The notes below the pieces were generated by a model. It did no database searches. It was given only the letters and a program-made list of their open reading frames with translations, and was not told the DNA's origin. From Perkinsus chesapeaki ATCC PRA-425 (taxonomy: Eukaryota; Protista; Perkinsozoa): DNA of 57,371 bases. Made by a program: the position numbers and the translations under genes. Where the stretch lies: the NCBI GenBank assembly GCA_013115145.1, contig JAAPAO010000177.1, positions 1-57,371 of the forward strand, written 5' to 3'. Of this stretch, positions 24,972 to 37,200 are shown in pieces (within the stretch, counting starts at the first letter, position 1; each line of letters opens with the position of its first letter).

Positions 24972-26080
24972 GCGTTTACTGAGAACAAGGCGGCTACGAA
25001 ATTGCTATACTTCGTTGATCCTGCCATGCTCCTTCCTAGCTAATACCATTCTGTTTATGTTGGTCTTTTTATCCTGAACTGTGCCGCTTGTTTTCTCTTG
25101 TAATGAGTTGATGTGTTTGTTGTTTCCGACAGCTACAGTTTTGGACGAGTTTAACGCTTGGTGCTGTAGTAGGTATTAGTAGTAGCATGCATACACTGCT
25201 GGTGTACTATATGTCGCTGATCCTTAGAGCCCGCTATTTCCATGAGGCTGAGCCCATGTTTGCGGGTTATTTCTTATAGTAGACCTCTAGTAGTGCACCG
25301 AGGGGCAACGCTCTTCTCGCTTCTTGCGGGACCTCCGTTTCCCTCTATAATTTTATCGATTCATTTCTATTGCAATAATCTGGTCTGCTGTACAATCGCT
25401 ATTGTCCGAGAAATTTTCTAGTGGAGGATACCTGGTTGATACACCTCTCATTACTATACACTGGAAATGTCGAATGATGGAGACGATGACATCCTAGACG
25501 ATCTCTAGAAGACATTTCTATAGACATTCGCAGCCTTGTTGTGTTGAGTCAATTAACAATTGAAGACCTTTCTTCTGGAAACTCTTGCCCTACTGAAGGG
25601 GTTACAAAATCCTTGATGTCGATGTGTAGTGCTTCGCAAGAATACATCAACTCATTTTTGCATGTAAAAAGCAGTTCTAGAATCGATTCTGAATTTCATA
25701 ATCGGTTTATTGAACGACCCCGCTATTACTGTCAAGAGAAAGCGGTATCCTTTTGAAACCCGAAGGTACATCGAGATGACAATTTTTGTGTTCTGCGTAA
25801 CTTCTCTGAAGCACTCGAAACTGACCTGAACTTTAAACCGCGGTATTCTGGCCTGAAATGATCCAAGAAGGATTATTAACCTTATCACGTCCCCCTCTGC
25901 TCTTCTTCCGCAAGCGGTTTCGTCGTCTTGAACTTGAAACGCTTTCTATGGATTATTTAACTGCCGCTTGTCGCGATGAAGCGGTTTGGTAGTGTAGTGG
26001 TGTCACAATTTCCTTCAACCTGAATAGGCTCGGAAAGCTGCCAGCACCATAACCATTTGGTAGCGTTACTTTTCTTCCCC

Positions 26081-26361
26081 ATGCACCTTCTTTGGCTCAC
26101 GCTAAGCATCCTCTCCGTTCTTATTGCGCTCATCCCGGAGGCTAGAGCAGCAGCTGCAACCGTCTTCTCTGTTGAGCAAGTGTACGGTCAGATGATGTCC
26201 GATTTGGCTGCTAGAAGAAATGAGCAGCTTGCAGTTAGAAGAGTGGAGAAGATCGCTCGTGGTGTCGCCGGTTAGAGAAGTTCGCTCGATTATTTGAATA
26301 TTTTGTTTTGTTAGGTCTCGCTGCTGCCATCGGGGCGCAAGTCGGCCAAGAATGGAGGTGA
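26081..26361 (+). CDS. Small secreted protein E of tandem array
   Basis: Exons 26081-26270 and 26315-26361, 44-nt phase-1 intron. Product MHLLWLTLSILSVLIALIPEARA-AAATVFSVEQVYGQMMSDLAARRNEQLAVRRVEKIARGVA|GLAAAIGAQVGQEWR*. Homologous to C. Confidence 0.8.
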
Positions 26362-27451
26362 TCGTTGAATACTGCATTTCTGGGAAGTATGACCTTTTGA
26401 CGTTGGTGCGTACCAGCACCCATAGTAGGCGAAGATGTGACTAAGCTGTATATACCGATTATTACATTTATTTTCACTTATTATTATTACGTTCGAGGTC
26501 GCTGAGCCGCCTCTGAATGCCGATTATTTTATGATTGATCGCTGCCGGTATCGGCGTATCGTAAGGCACATGTCTTTTTGGTAATGGAAGTTTGTGCGTG
26601 GAGTACACTGTTGTGTTGGTAGTAAAACATGTCTTCCGGCGTATTTCACATTCGAGGTGGGGACATTTCTATCTTATCTGAGAGGCTCCAGTGACCGAGA
26701 TTCGGTCGCATGCAGGCAGAAGTAGTGTGGTTCGTAATTAAGTACTTGAATCAGTCCCTTCCTCTGTGACCACTTGGCTAAGACACTCGAGTCATGTTAC
26801 ACTTCTCGTGGTTTGCTGAGTCCCATAATCTATTGATAAGTCCTTTTGAAAAGCAAAGCACCCTAGCCTAGTCACGAGGGCCTAACTACGGCTCTAATTC
26901 TCGTGCTAATGAACGACGGCCAAAGCTGAGTTCGGGTAAAGCCCGCAGAGACATGATGTGCTAGAGATGCAACGACTGAAGAGGTCCGTCACGCTTTAGC
27001 AATATTCCGTATGCGAAGGGAGCTTCGTTTTAGCATACTCTATCCACGTGTTACAGGTTTATTCGCTTAATCTGTACATCATGTTTCATCGACACCCCCC
27101 ATGCCAAAGAGACATGCCTGTAGACGTTCCCGCTTGATTCGTTGAGTTTCGTGAACAAAATACTTCGAAATGCGATCTAGTTCATTCCAGTCGCACTAAG
27201 AGTAAATGCACGTGTACCATTTACTCGGAGCAAGCCGTTATCAATACTGTGATATAGAACCTATGTAGTGCAAAGATATCTCTGTAGTGCGCACGCCAAG
27301 ATACCCCATCGTTTCGAAACGGCCAGAGTTCATTCGAGGGTGTCATTTAAGTAGCTCACATTTTCATTTCACGACTCCGAGGAGTTCTCACGTAAATTCT
27401 TACAACCTACGCTGGCAGGCTCGCGTTTTGCGCTTCTTCGCTTTCCCTAAC

Positions 27452-27735
27452 ATGCCCTCTCTTCGTTCTGCAATCCGCACCTCAATGGTTACTGCCTTGC
27501 TTGGCAGTTGGACAGCGCCGGCGACCGCTGCTAATCGTGCTGCCGATCTCGAATCTCAGGTGAAATCGATGAGAACTCAGAAGAACAGCAAAAAGGCAAC
27601 CAAACCGAGTAAGTCCCTTCTCTTCTCGCATCGTATCAGTACTATTCACGGTTTGTAGGCCAATCTGAAGTCCTCGCCATGATTCGCGATGCTTCGAAGT
27701 CGAGCCACAATGATCATGCTACAAGATACACTTAA
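27452..27735 (+). CDS. Small secreted protein F of tandem array
   Basis: Exons 27452-27608 and 27659-27735, 50-nt phase-1 intron. Product MPSLRSAIRTSMVTALLGSWTAPATA-ANRAADLESQVKSMRTQKNSKKATKP|SQSEVLAMIRDASKSSHNDHATRYT*. Confidence 0.75.
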
Positions 27736-28670
27736 CTGACAGCTCTTGTCTATGAGCGTCAACGCAATTAATCACGAGTGTCGGGGTTACTACTTGCTGT
27801 TATTACTGCGCTGCCGTACAGGCTCGTTTTTAGGCAGCATGTGGTTAGACTCTGTGGCTTCGTTTGCTGGAGCCTCTTCTTAGTGGTGGATTGTGTGATT
27901 CTGTGACGTAACATCAATCCTTTCATTTTCCAAATACGGCTGATGTAAATTCTGATAGCCTTTCATGAGTGATGTGATAGATTTTTTATTTTAACATCTG
28001 CCCGAGCATTCGGAGTCCCATTGCTGGATGACTGTTTGCTCTGTGGTAGTGACTTGTGTATTTACTCCTGCTAATCTCGCTACTCTACGATGCTTTTTTA
28101 TTGCTGTTGTTCGTCGCCCAGTCGATTCCTGCTGACTTTCGTTGCTAGCATATAACGTTAGAATTGATGAAGTCGTACTGAGAGTCCTCAATGGTGCTCT
28201 CGTACGCATGTAGCTGCTGAAGGTTAATCAGACTGCTGACACTAGATACCAATTATGACGATGATGATGATGAGAGTTGTAACACACGCAGTTTCAGTGA
28301 TGGAGTAACTGTGATGGTGGGTTCATATTAGCATGTTGAGTTGGTAAATTGATTCTATCATTGCGTCGGTTTAAGCACTACTGGTCATGATTGCAGCAGT
28401 ACTATGCCTGGTAACGGTACTATCATTATGATAGTATCATAAGCTATCTCAATCTATTGTAATGCCGATCTTAGCTCGAGTTATGTTGGTATATATAAAC
28501 TGAGCCGTCGGTTGATCAAGTCTCGGAACCCAATGTACTTTCACTTGCTCTGTATACCATACAGTGTATAGCAACTTATTGACTCGAACGTAGAACTCTT
28601 CGTGGTAACAACACGCATAACATCCAGACTTATAAACCATGGACATCTTTATCTATTAAAGTAGACAGAG

Positions 28671-29434
28671 TCAGTACTGTTTCCCAATTTCCTGAGCGAT
28701 TTTCAGTAGCTCTTCTTTATTATTTTCGATCATCTCGCCAATCCAACGGCTACTTTCCTTATTTTGGAGTTCACTAGCACGTTCAATGATACGCGTGGCT
28801 ATATGACATGTCATGTCCTTATTCCTATAATAGGAGAAAGGTTCTTCAAAGGCAGAAAAGGGGCTTAATTTGTTCAGCTTCTCCATAGTCCTTGCCTTTG
28901 CATTCTTGATTACATAACCTTTGTCACCCACCTTAATCGAGAATTTAAAGGGTTTGTCGCACCTGAAATTGATATGCGTGTATTCACTGCAGATCTCACT
29001 AGTGGAGTGCTCCAACATTCTTACTGGGAAAAACTCACGAACTCTCCACCCCAGGGGTTATTCCAGTAGAGGGATGTGCCACCTTCCTTAGTTCTACTCA
29101 GATAAATTGTTTCATACGACGATTTGATTCTACATTCACCTGGCTCCTCTGTTTTCTAAATATCGCATAAATAGGAAGCGAAAGTAATACACGAAAGACT
29201 ACCGTGACAGTGAAGTCTTCCAACCGTGTGACTGCACTCTTCACAGAACCAAGAAGCTTCTCGATCGCATCGAGTCGGGATCCGACCACATCAGAGTCCT
29301 GAGGAGTGAGACATTCAGTGCGTAGCGACACTCTTAGCTACATGCTCAATGGGCGGACCGCGAGCCGCCTTTATGGCTAGGATTGGGATTAAATTCAACA
29401 GTACTGATAAAACTCGGCGAGGAGAGGCTATCAT
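28671..29434 (-). CDS. Hypothetical secreted protein (~200 aa) with N-terminal short coiled coil, multi-exon, convergent on the array
   Basis: MIASPRRVLSVLLNLIPILAIKAARGPPIEH|DSDVVGSRLDAIEKLLGSVKSAVTRLEDFTVT|KTEEPGECRIKSSYETIYL...CDKPFKFSIKVGDKGY...EIGKQY*. The first two introns are in phase; the third junction is uncertain. Confidence 0.6.
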
Positions 29435-30525
29435 AGAGTGAAGGATCGCAAATGGGATTCAATCGCCGAACAGAAGAACTGTTGAGGATGATGACACGGA
29501 AATGTTTCGGGATAAGTTGATAAGTTGATGTAATTTGCCACATTAGGAAATTAGGAATCTCTATTTTGTGCAACCATCTTCGCATTCGCCCAGTCTGGGC
29601 GACGGCCACGCTGTGATTTCCGCACGAATGAGGGCGAACGGTTCAGATTAAAGATATTATAAATCTCGTAAAGCTTGAAGCTGGTTGAAGTTCTCACTTG
29701 GTTGCTGAGTTGAAGTCCTGTCCGTTATGGCTAGAAATGCCCAGTAGCACAGCAGCAGTATTTAACCCTTAGGGCCGCAATAGATGCCTCTGAGCGACAT
29801 GTTAGTTAGTGTCAATCAACCGTGCACTAGTATGCTGCTACTAGCACAAGCTCGTATATATGCAAACTGTAACGTTCGCTGCTTATGAGGTGTGCTTCCA
29901 AAATTCGAGGGTGTCTTCTCTTGCCTTCCGCTGTTATATCCTCGTGACCTCCTCAACGCATTTGATGAGTAGTGTCCTTCGCGTCCCTTGCAGCAGTGAC
30001 TTATTCTCAACACAGATACGTCAAGTACTCGCATATTTCCCATAGGCCCTTCGTTGAGTGACTCGTCTTGTTATTGGCACTTGTTCTGTCCCATTGTACT
30101 GCTGCACACAACACAACTTTAATACTCTACGCTAGCCAGAGTGACGTAATAAGCTAGGAAAGCCATGAACGTCATCAACTGACTACTGCAAGTAGAGTAC
30201 AACCATCGAGAGCCTACCGTTCGCGCGTACACCTTGACGATGTCGCAACACTTGGTAGCTCTCTTAGGCGTCAACGAAAAAATCAGTAGTAGAGTACTGG
30301 CAGTATTGTAGAAGCAAAACCAACGGTAGTAGTACAACAGAATGACAGATTACAGAAATAAGCTGCAACACTCAGCATGAAGTGGATGATGATGATTATC
30401 CTCTGCGAAGGAGGATTAGATAATCAAACCTTCAAATATATCACAGCGAAAGACAACAGAAATATGTGAGCTGGTAAAGCTTACTCGGCCACCGCGAGAC
30501 GATTGTCATATCGGGCTTACTGCGT

Positions 30526-31452
30526 TTACCAGCGTATTTTACCACCTAGGCCGTACTTGTCGATGAGGCTCTGATAGAGTGGCTCAAGTTGATCTACATT
30601 GGGAAGGTCATCTCCTTTTGAGTAGAGGTCAAACTTGTTGAACTCGTTCACAACTCTGAGCTTTGCATCATCCTCGGGGGCCATCAAATGCTGATACGCT
30701 CCTTTGTCATGCCATGGGTAAAAGCTATGATAACGGATACACCATAGGCCTTCGATGGGAAGCGAACATGTGGTGTGATTATTTAACACTTGATAGAGGT
30801 ACTCATCATGCCCAAATGCCATCAAAACATTATCAAGTCCGCAGTGAGGCTGATACATGCCGTATGGGGTAGAATAGACTGGATGCTTAAAGTCGGGATT
30901 CCCCTCGAACTGATGGGCCAATACGATATCTTTGCTGAACTCGCAACCAACTGGAAATGTATCACCAACAACACACCATTGTTCCTCGCCCCAACATGAC
31001 ATCACCTTACCAAGGTCATGCAGGAAGCCAGTCAACCACAGCCAATCCTTGTCCGGGTGAAGCTTCCTGATGGCCTCGGCCGTCATAAAAGCGTGTAGGG
31101 AGTTTGGAATGTCGACATCTGGATCACTCTCGTCCACGAAATCATCTAGTTTGTGGAGAATCTCCATTATAGTGTATTCACCATGATTGAATTCGAGCCA
31201 CTTTTTGTGCAGGTCTCGAACTCTTTCAACGGTCATATTTTCGTGCTGCCTTTTATAGTTTGCCTCAACAATACTTTGCCTGGAGGAGTTCTCATAATTC
31301 CTATAAGTCTCCCCCAAAATGTTTGTTGGGCGGAAATTATTCGCCAACGCCTCTTCCGAATAGTGTTTGCTCTCTATGGGCGGCTCGAGTGCGGCGGCGG
31401 CTGCCACCACTGCCACGGGTCCGTCACCAATACACACCGGTGCTACTGACAT
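30526..31452 (-). CDS. MIOX: Myo-inositol oxygenase, intronless, 308 aa
   Basis: Single ORF with YRNY, VDESDPD, HAFMTAE, HDLGKV, QWCVVGDTFPVGC, GHDEYLY, IRYHSFYPWH and KFDLYSK. These are the MIOX di-iron and substrate motifs. Confidence 0.97.
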   Translation of the reverse strand: MSVAPVCIGDGPVAVVAAAAALEPPIESKHYSEEALANNFRPTNILGETYRNYENSSRQSIVEANYKRQHENMTVERVRDLHKKWLEFNHGEYTIMEILHKLDDFVDESDPDVDIPNSLHAFMTAEAIRKLHPDKDWLWLTGFLHDLGKVMSCWGEEQWCVVGDTFPVGCEFSKDIVLAHQFEGNPDFKHPVYSTPYGMYQPHCGLDNVLMAFGHDEYLYQVLNNHTTCSLPIEGLWCIRYHSFYPWHDKGAYQHLMAPEDDAKLRVVNEFNKFDLYSKGDDLPNVDQLEPLYQSLIDKYGLGGKIRW

Positions 31453-33040
31453 TGATGCCTCCTCAACGCAGACAACTGAACAAGTGAGTTAATTGCCTCA
31501 AAGCACCTTATAAGTCACTGGAATTTCCCAGCAACAGTTTGCCTATAAATTTTGATGGTCTCACAGACTCCTTTAAGTCCACGAAATATTGCCACTGGCA
31601 ATTTGCCAGTCTATCCCTTAAAGGGAATAGATAATCTGCGAGCCGAGCTAGAGCGTCAACCGCAATTATATATCAATATACTTCCCCAAGAAGTCTGATT
31701 TCTATTGCTGTCACGTGAAACTCGCCTCCCTCTACAAACTTGAAGTTCACCACTTGAGTCAAAATATCATTTGACTGCATTCCTTAGTACATGATCACAC
31801 TAGTTCTGGCCTTCGAGACACAATATGAAAGTTAATCCACAAAAGGTAGACGGAAAATTGCAAGTCCTCTTACGGTGTTGCAATTTCGTCATGGAAATTG
31901 TGCGCGCGTGCAAATCGCGGAGCGATGCGCTTACGACGCGTGACTGTCCGTCTGCTGCTTTCCAAAAGACAAGGGTGATCGGCTTCTTGAGGTTTCCGGT
32001 ATCGTTCTCAGAATTGGTTCAGCAGAGCATATTTGAATGGGAAATGTCAAAATCGTTCATCACACTGAAAATCGGTTTTAAGATCTAAACGATTCTACAT
32101 CTGAAAATGTCATACTTTAAAGCTTGACTCTAGTGTATGTTTCATTGGTGACATCTTCCGGGCTTCTCACTCTAATGGTCCCAAAGGGCGTGTTGTCAGC
32201 AACATTAGTACATTTGTGTTAATTCAGTTCCTATTATATATTCCGTTAATGCGGTATTGTTCCCCCATAGGCAATTGGTTCGACTTTGCTAAACGATTGG
32301 CCTGGGTTGCTGGTAGTATTGGAGGGAGGGGGCATTTCATATAAATAATCGTGAAAGGTGGTAAAAGATACGCCAAGGTAAAATTAATTCCAATTGACCT
32401 GGACTGCGTGTAAGTTGTTTTTCGTATATTTTACACCCTCCCTTGGGAGAGCTGAAAAGTGGAGGATAAAAATCTTCAACAATGTTTTAATATTTTCACT
32501 CGACAAGGAGAATACAGAGACAATCGAAGGCTAGCGATGTTTTTATTTTATTACGTACTGAATGGATTATATGTCCGCTCGCCTTCTTTAATCGAGAACT
32601 GAGTCTTCTCACCGAATCACCGTAATAAACTCTTTAATACTGGAAGGTCCGTGAATCGGCCCGAATCGAATGCGGAAGCTCCTCGAAACTCGCTTCCTTT
32701 CCCAACGTATGTGGGCTGGTACACACATCCCCTTGGGTGGAGGGACTGATTGATGACGAGTTTAAAATACGGGTATTTGGGGATCAAATAGCGATTAATA
32801 ATGAGTTAGAATTTAATCTTACTTTGCTGGAACGCAGGGCTGACTAGCTGGAGCAGGACGCGATGACGGTGGTTCTGAAATTATAGCTAGTTAAAGAACA
32901 GGTATTTGCGCATGCCACTTTTTGAACGTTGAATGTGCCATGAATGACGAGTTCCAAAATCTGCAACTCGGAATTGGAGTTGCATTTGGAGTCCAAATGC
33001 ATGGATCCGGGCCATCACTCCTATTGTTATCTTTTATAGA

Positions 33041-33674
33041 ATGATATCGTCAACGAATTCGATTAACGGTGTAAAAGTTGCACTAATTCGTATTCAGTAG
33101 GAGCAGCTGTTGGTTAAATAGGATGTTTCCTCTGTTGTCAGGCGTGTCAGCTCTTCTAGTGGCATGGATGGCTGCAGAAGCGCTGGGATTCACCGCGTGG
33201 CTCCAATACACTTTATTAGGCCTCTTTATTCTCCTTGTAAGATTCCTAATAGGTTGACTCGTGTGCATCTTCTTCTCTCAGGTAGCCGTTCCTGTCATCC
33301 ATGCTGCATGGAGTGTTATGGAGCCTTTGCGCCTTCCTGTGATGCTGACAGCTGCCGAATCCAGCAAAGCTGCGGACATAATATTCAAGACGAGCACAAG
33401 ACCGGTGTTGGCGCCTCCACCAGATGACTGTGCAATCTGCCTCGAACCCTGGCAAGAAGGGGAAAGTCTGAGGGAGCTGCGATGTGGTCACATGTACCAC
33501 GAAGCCTGTATTAAGGCCTGCATTCAAGGGTCATTACCCTTACGCTCTAAGCATGCTAGCGATTTAACTCAGCTGGTTAACTCGGTGTCTTGTCCGCTTT
33601 GTCGGCAGCCTATGGTGGCTCAGCCCGATGAGATAGCAAGATTGATCAGAAGTAAAAAAAGTAGCACACAATGA
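33041..33674 (+). CDS. Transmembrane RING-H2 E3 ubiquitin ligase (5' end uncertain)
   Basis: The last exon has CAICLEPWQEGESLRELRCGHMYHEACI...CPLCRQ (RING-H2). The upstream exon encodes a hydrophobic segment, GVSALLVAWMAAEALGFTAWLQYTLLGLFILL, which joins in phase. Confidence 0.85.
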
Positions 33675-34247
33675 GCTGTCTACTTTTCACGTAGAGTCGT
33701 CTTTAATCTATCGGGGTAGCCCTGTATCTATCATCTGTTCAAGATTCTCGAGAGCTCCATTAGCTGGCCTAGCCAGGAGCGGACAGAGAGGCGCCAAATG
33801 TTACTCTTCCCTTTTCGTCTGTATATGTATGTTTTAGTCGGCATACCTTCACCGTACTGTAATCAGTATTAGCACCATTATCACCATTGTTTACTGCAGT
33901 GCGACAGTGTTGCCCTTCATGACCGGTTTTGCGTTCTGAAGTTGACGGCTGAACACGTAAAAGATTCCTCAAAGCTACCGAAACTGTCGAACTGAGAGTT
34001 CCTCATATGGTTATATCCCTCATACAATATGTTCGAATCCCAGTAGGAGAGGTGCAAGCATCCTCACGTGAACTGCGCCCAGTAGCTCTAACGTGTTTCC
34101 TCTGTATCTTTGCGAACTGTCCGTACACCGGAATGACGATATAACCCAAAGTCTATCAGTGATAGGTCGGCGAGAATTCTTTGTTGTTACTGTATATAAA
34201 GGTGACAGATATGAAAAGGTTATCTGTTCTCAATAACTCTCCGTGAA

Positions 34248-37200
34248 ATGGTAATGTTATTTTCGCCTAATCGATGGAAGCTCTCACCAAGCCAAGTTCT
34301 GCCTCTATATAGGCGTTTGGATATCCTGCCCAGAGTTGTATTTAATACCTGGGAGGATCGTTATTGTGTGGTTTATAAGCCAGCTGGATGGTGTATGAAG
34401 GATAGTAAATGTGTCGATAGACCGTCATTGGAAACTACCTGTAAGCGAGGAGGGGAAATTCAATCTCCATCTGAGCCGTAAAATTCACATTTTTCTCATT
34501 ATGAGTCTTTACCACTAGAATGTCGCTCTCCGAACTTCCGATACCATCGCCAAGATATTCGCCCTTCTGAAAAAGTCATCCAAAAAAGCACATTTTTGGG
34601 GCCACAATTTACGTTGTATCTATATAGGGTTATGCATCCATATTCCTATACTGGTTACTGCTCTCTCAAAAAGAAGTATGTCGCACTAGATACTCACCGT
34701 AGAGATCGCTCATCAATTGCCCTAGTTACGCCATCCCTACCCTCGTATAACGCAGATGTTTGCCACTTGAGCCCTCAATCTGGCCACAATGAGGAGTTGG
34801 ATAGGATAAAGAGAGATCTCCCGTTACCAGATGAAATAGAGGATAACCCTCATCGATTGAGGGATGGAAAACTGTAGGGGGACAGCATTGCACAATAACG
34901 CCGTTTAGCTCGGAATCTTTCGAGTTGACTGAATTCAATCCTGGACTATCTCTACAGTATAGACTATCCTCTAAAGAGCATTTGTAGTTTCAGAGAGTAT
35001 TGAAGTTTCAGACTGAAACTTACCTCAGCGTGCTTACGTAACTCGAAGGATGTGTCTGAAATGCTTATGAGTTTCCGAGCTCGTCAGGCGCACTGTACGC
35101 CGTCGAAACCCGCCGTGCACATCCCATCAGTTAGCATTTCACCCGGAATCCGGGTCCCGGATCTTTAGCAATACCCCGCAGTAGAACTCTTTTCAGGCGT
35201 TTCCCGATTGCTATTGACCCAGATATATCGGGTCTCTGCGTAGTTTGTGCTGATAAAAGTATATCACGGCAATTCAAGACGCATTACAGAGAGTAAGAGC
35301 GCTGGTCGTTGCTAGGAGACAGAGAGGTGGAAAAATACAAATTTCAAAAGATGCATGAGGCCCGTTCAGGCCTCGTCTCTTAATTTGACGAATTTCCTAT
35401 CCGGAAACTTAGTTAAAGATGTTCGAGATGTATCTAGCACCTGGGGATCAGGGAGGCATACGTCCAGCTTGGGACGTCCTAAGCTAAGGACGGTGAGAAG
35501 CCCATCCCGGTTAGTAGGCCGGGATCCGAAGCCCGTCCTCCCGGCCGGATTACTCGAACGCGGTTTCCCGTAAATCCCGTTCTTGAGTCAGGGCACTCAC
35601 CCGTATCCGCAATAGACTAAATCTACCAGTACCTTATCCACCACACTTACGTACAGAGTCTGTACTACGAGCTCAGCTGGTGCGGCCTGAGGGTATCGGC
35701 AACATCATGTTGCCCACGCATCTTTCCACCCCATTGGAATCACCCAGTTGATTCCACTGGGCTAACTTAACTTTTGACTTGAGTAATCTGAGGTTGGCTC
35801 AGGGTGACATTACAACGTACAAGGAATTCAAAATCTCGGTGTCTAACGGTAAGCTCTCTTCTGTGGCTGGCAAGGTCCCCACTGTGGATTCTGAAGACCG
35901 CATCATGTTCATACAGCCCCAGGGGTCAGGGAAGAAGCCAATCTGTCTGAATGCCAAGAAATGAAGTTCCTGCTCGTACTGCAAGGTGCCGCTTCATTCG
36001 ACGAATTAATACTATGTCTGATATCCTTGCTGATCATGACCAATGTTAATTCGTCGATTAGAGCTGTTAACATTACCGGCGAGTACATTTTGACGTTATA
36101 CCATATTGTAGCGTCCCACGGTTTGGCAGCTGCTATGAACTACGATGAGAGCTTCCGTCAGCAACTGGCCTCTCAAGCGAAACGTTTGGCAGCCCAACGT
36201 TGGCAGCCAACGGTTGGCTAATAAGAAATCTATTGGTTACAGTGAAGCAGTGGCTAAGACTATCTTAAAGGGTACCGATAATATGTAGAAGAGTATGGAG
36301 CGCTTCATGAGGACCCCGTCAGGCTAAGCGCCTACTGCTATGCAGGAGCCGATTTCATAATCGACACTTCTTTCATAGACTTTTGAAAGTGCCCTCGTCG
36401 GCTCTGCCTCGATGATGATTATTATAATAGTAATATATTAGTTAAACTACCAATGGTCATGAGGCTGTCGGGCGCGGAAATTCATGGACAGTGTTAAACA
36501 GTCACTTCAGGTGACTCGTATGAATGCTGCGAAAGCGGCTTCCCCTATCTGGCTCATCAGTTCATTGCGTTGAATACTAGTAGCTACTACCAGTTGCCTA
36601 CCACTTGCCTAGCAGCTAGCATCTAGTTTCCATCTATAGAAAATGGTACATCGTGTACCTTACATGCTACCTACCGGGAGAATTTGGGCACAGGGGGTCA
36701 TAAACGCGGGGTCGGTAGGCTACTGGGGAACCCCCTGGAGGTTCCTGGCGACGTTTTGTCGAAATTCGATCTCTGCACTGTACCCGCTGTACCCCTCTGG
36801 CGCAGCTGCTCCAATCGATCTTGATCAGGAGAATTGTAAAAGCTGCGCGCTGTGTAGAATTTATAAAACTCTCGACTGTTGCTGTCTTGCAGGATCTCCT
36901 CAGGTTCTCCTTTCGTCAAACGTATCGGTTGCTTGCTCGCCCTGCGTCAGATTTCAAGGCTGCGACTAAATACAAAGATTTCTTTAATGCCAATGGTCGA
37001 CCATTACAACAGGGAGTTCTCGAGTCCTGTATGAGGTGGAACAGAGACTCTAAGGAGTGGCGAGCTGTGAGGCGGCACATTTAGGCCTTGACTGTTGAAC
37101 AAACGCAAAATTCAATAATATTGTTGATAAATATGTATCGGTGGAGTCGGAACATCGGCTGTTTCCTTCTCCAACTGTGCACTTCTTACGGAGTAGCCAA

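Noticed and set aside
25490-25890. Stop-interrupted frames between array genes D and E; checked as a possible seventh array member
   Set aside because: No signal peptide, no helix-1 motif and no matching phase-1 intron.
25981-26048. tRNA A-box-like TAGTGTAGTGG followed later by CCA
   Set aside because: No T-loop or B-box, and no convincing cloverleaf.
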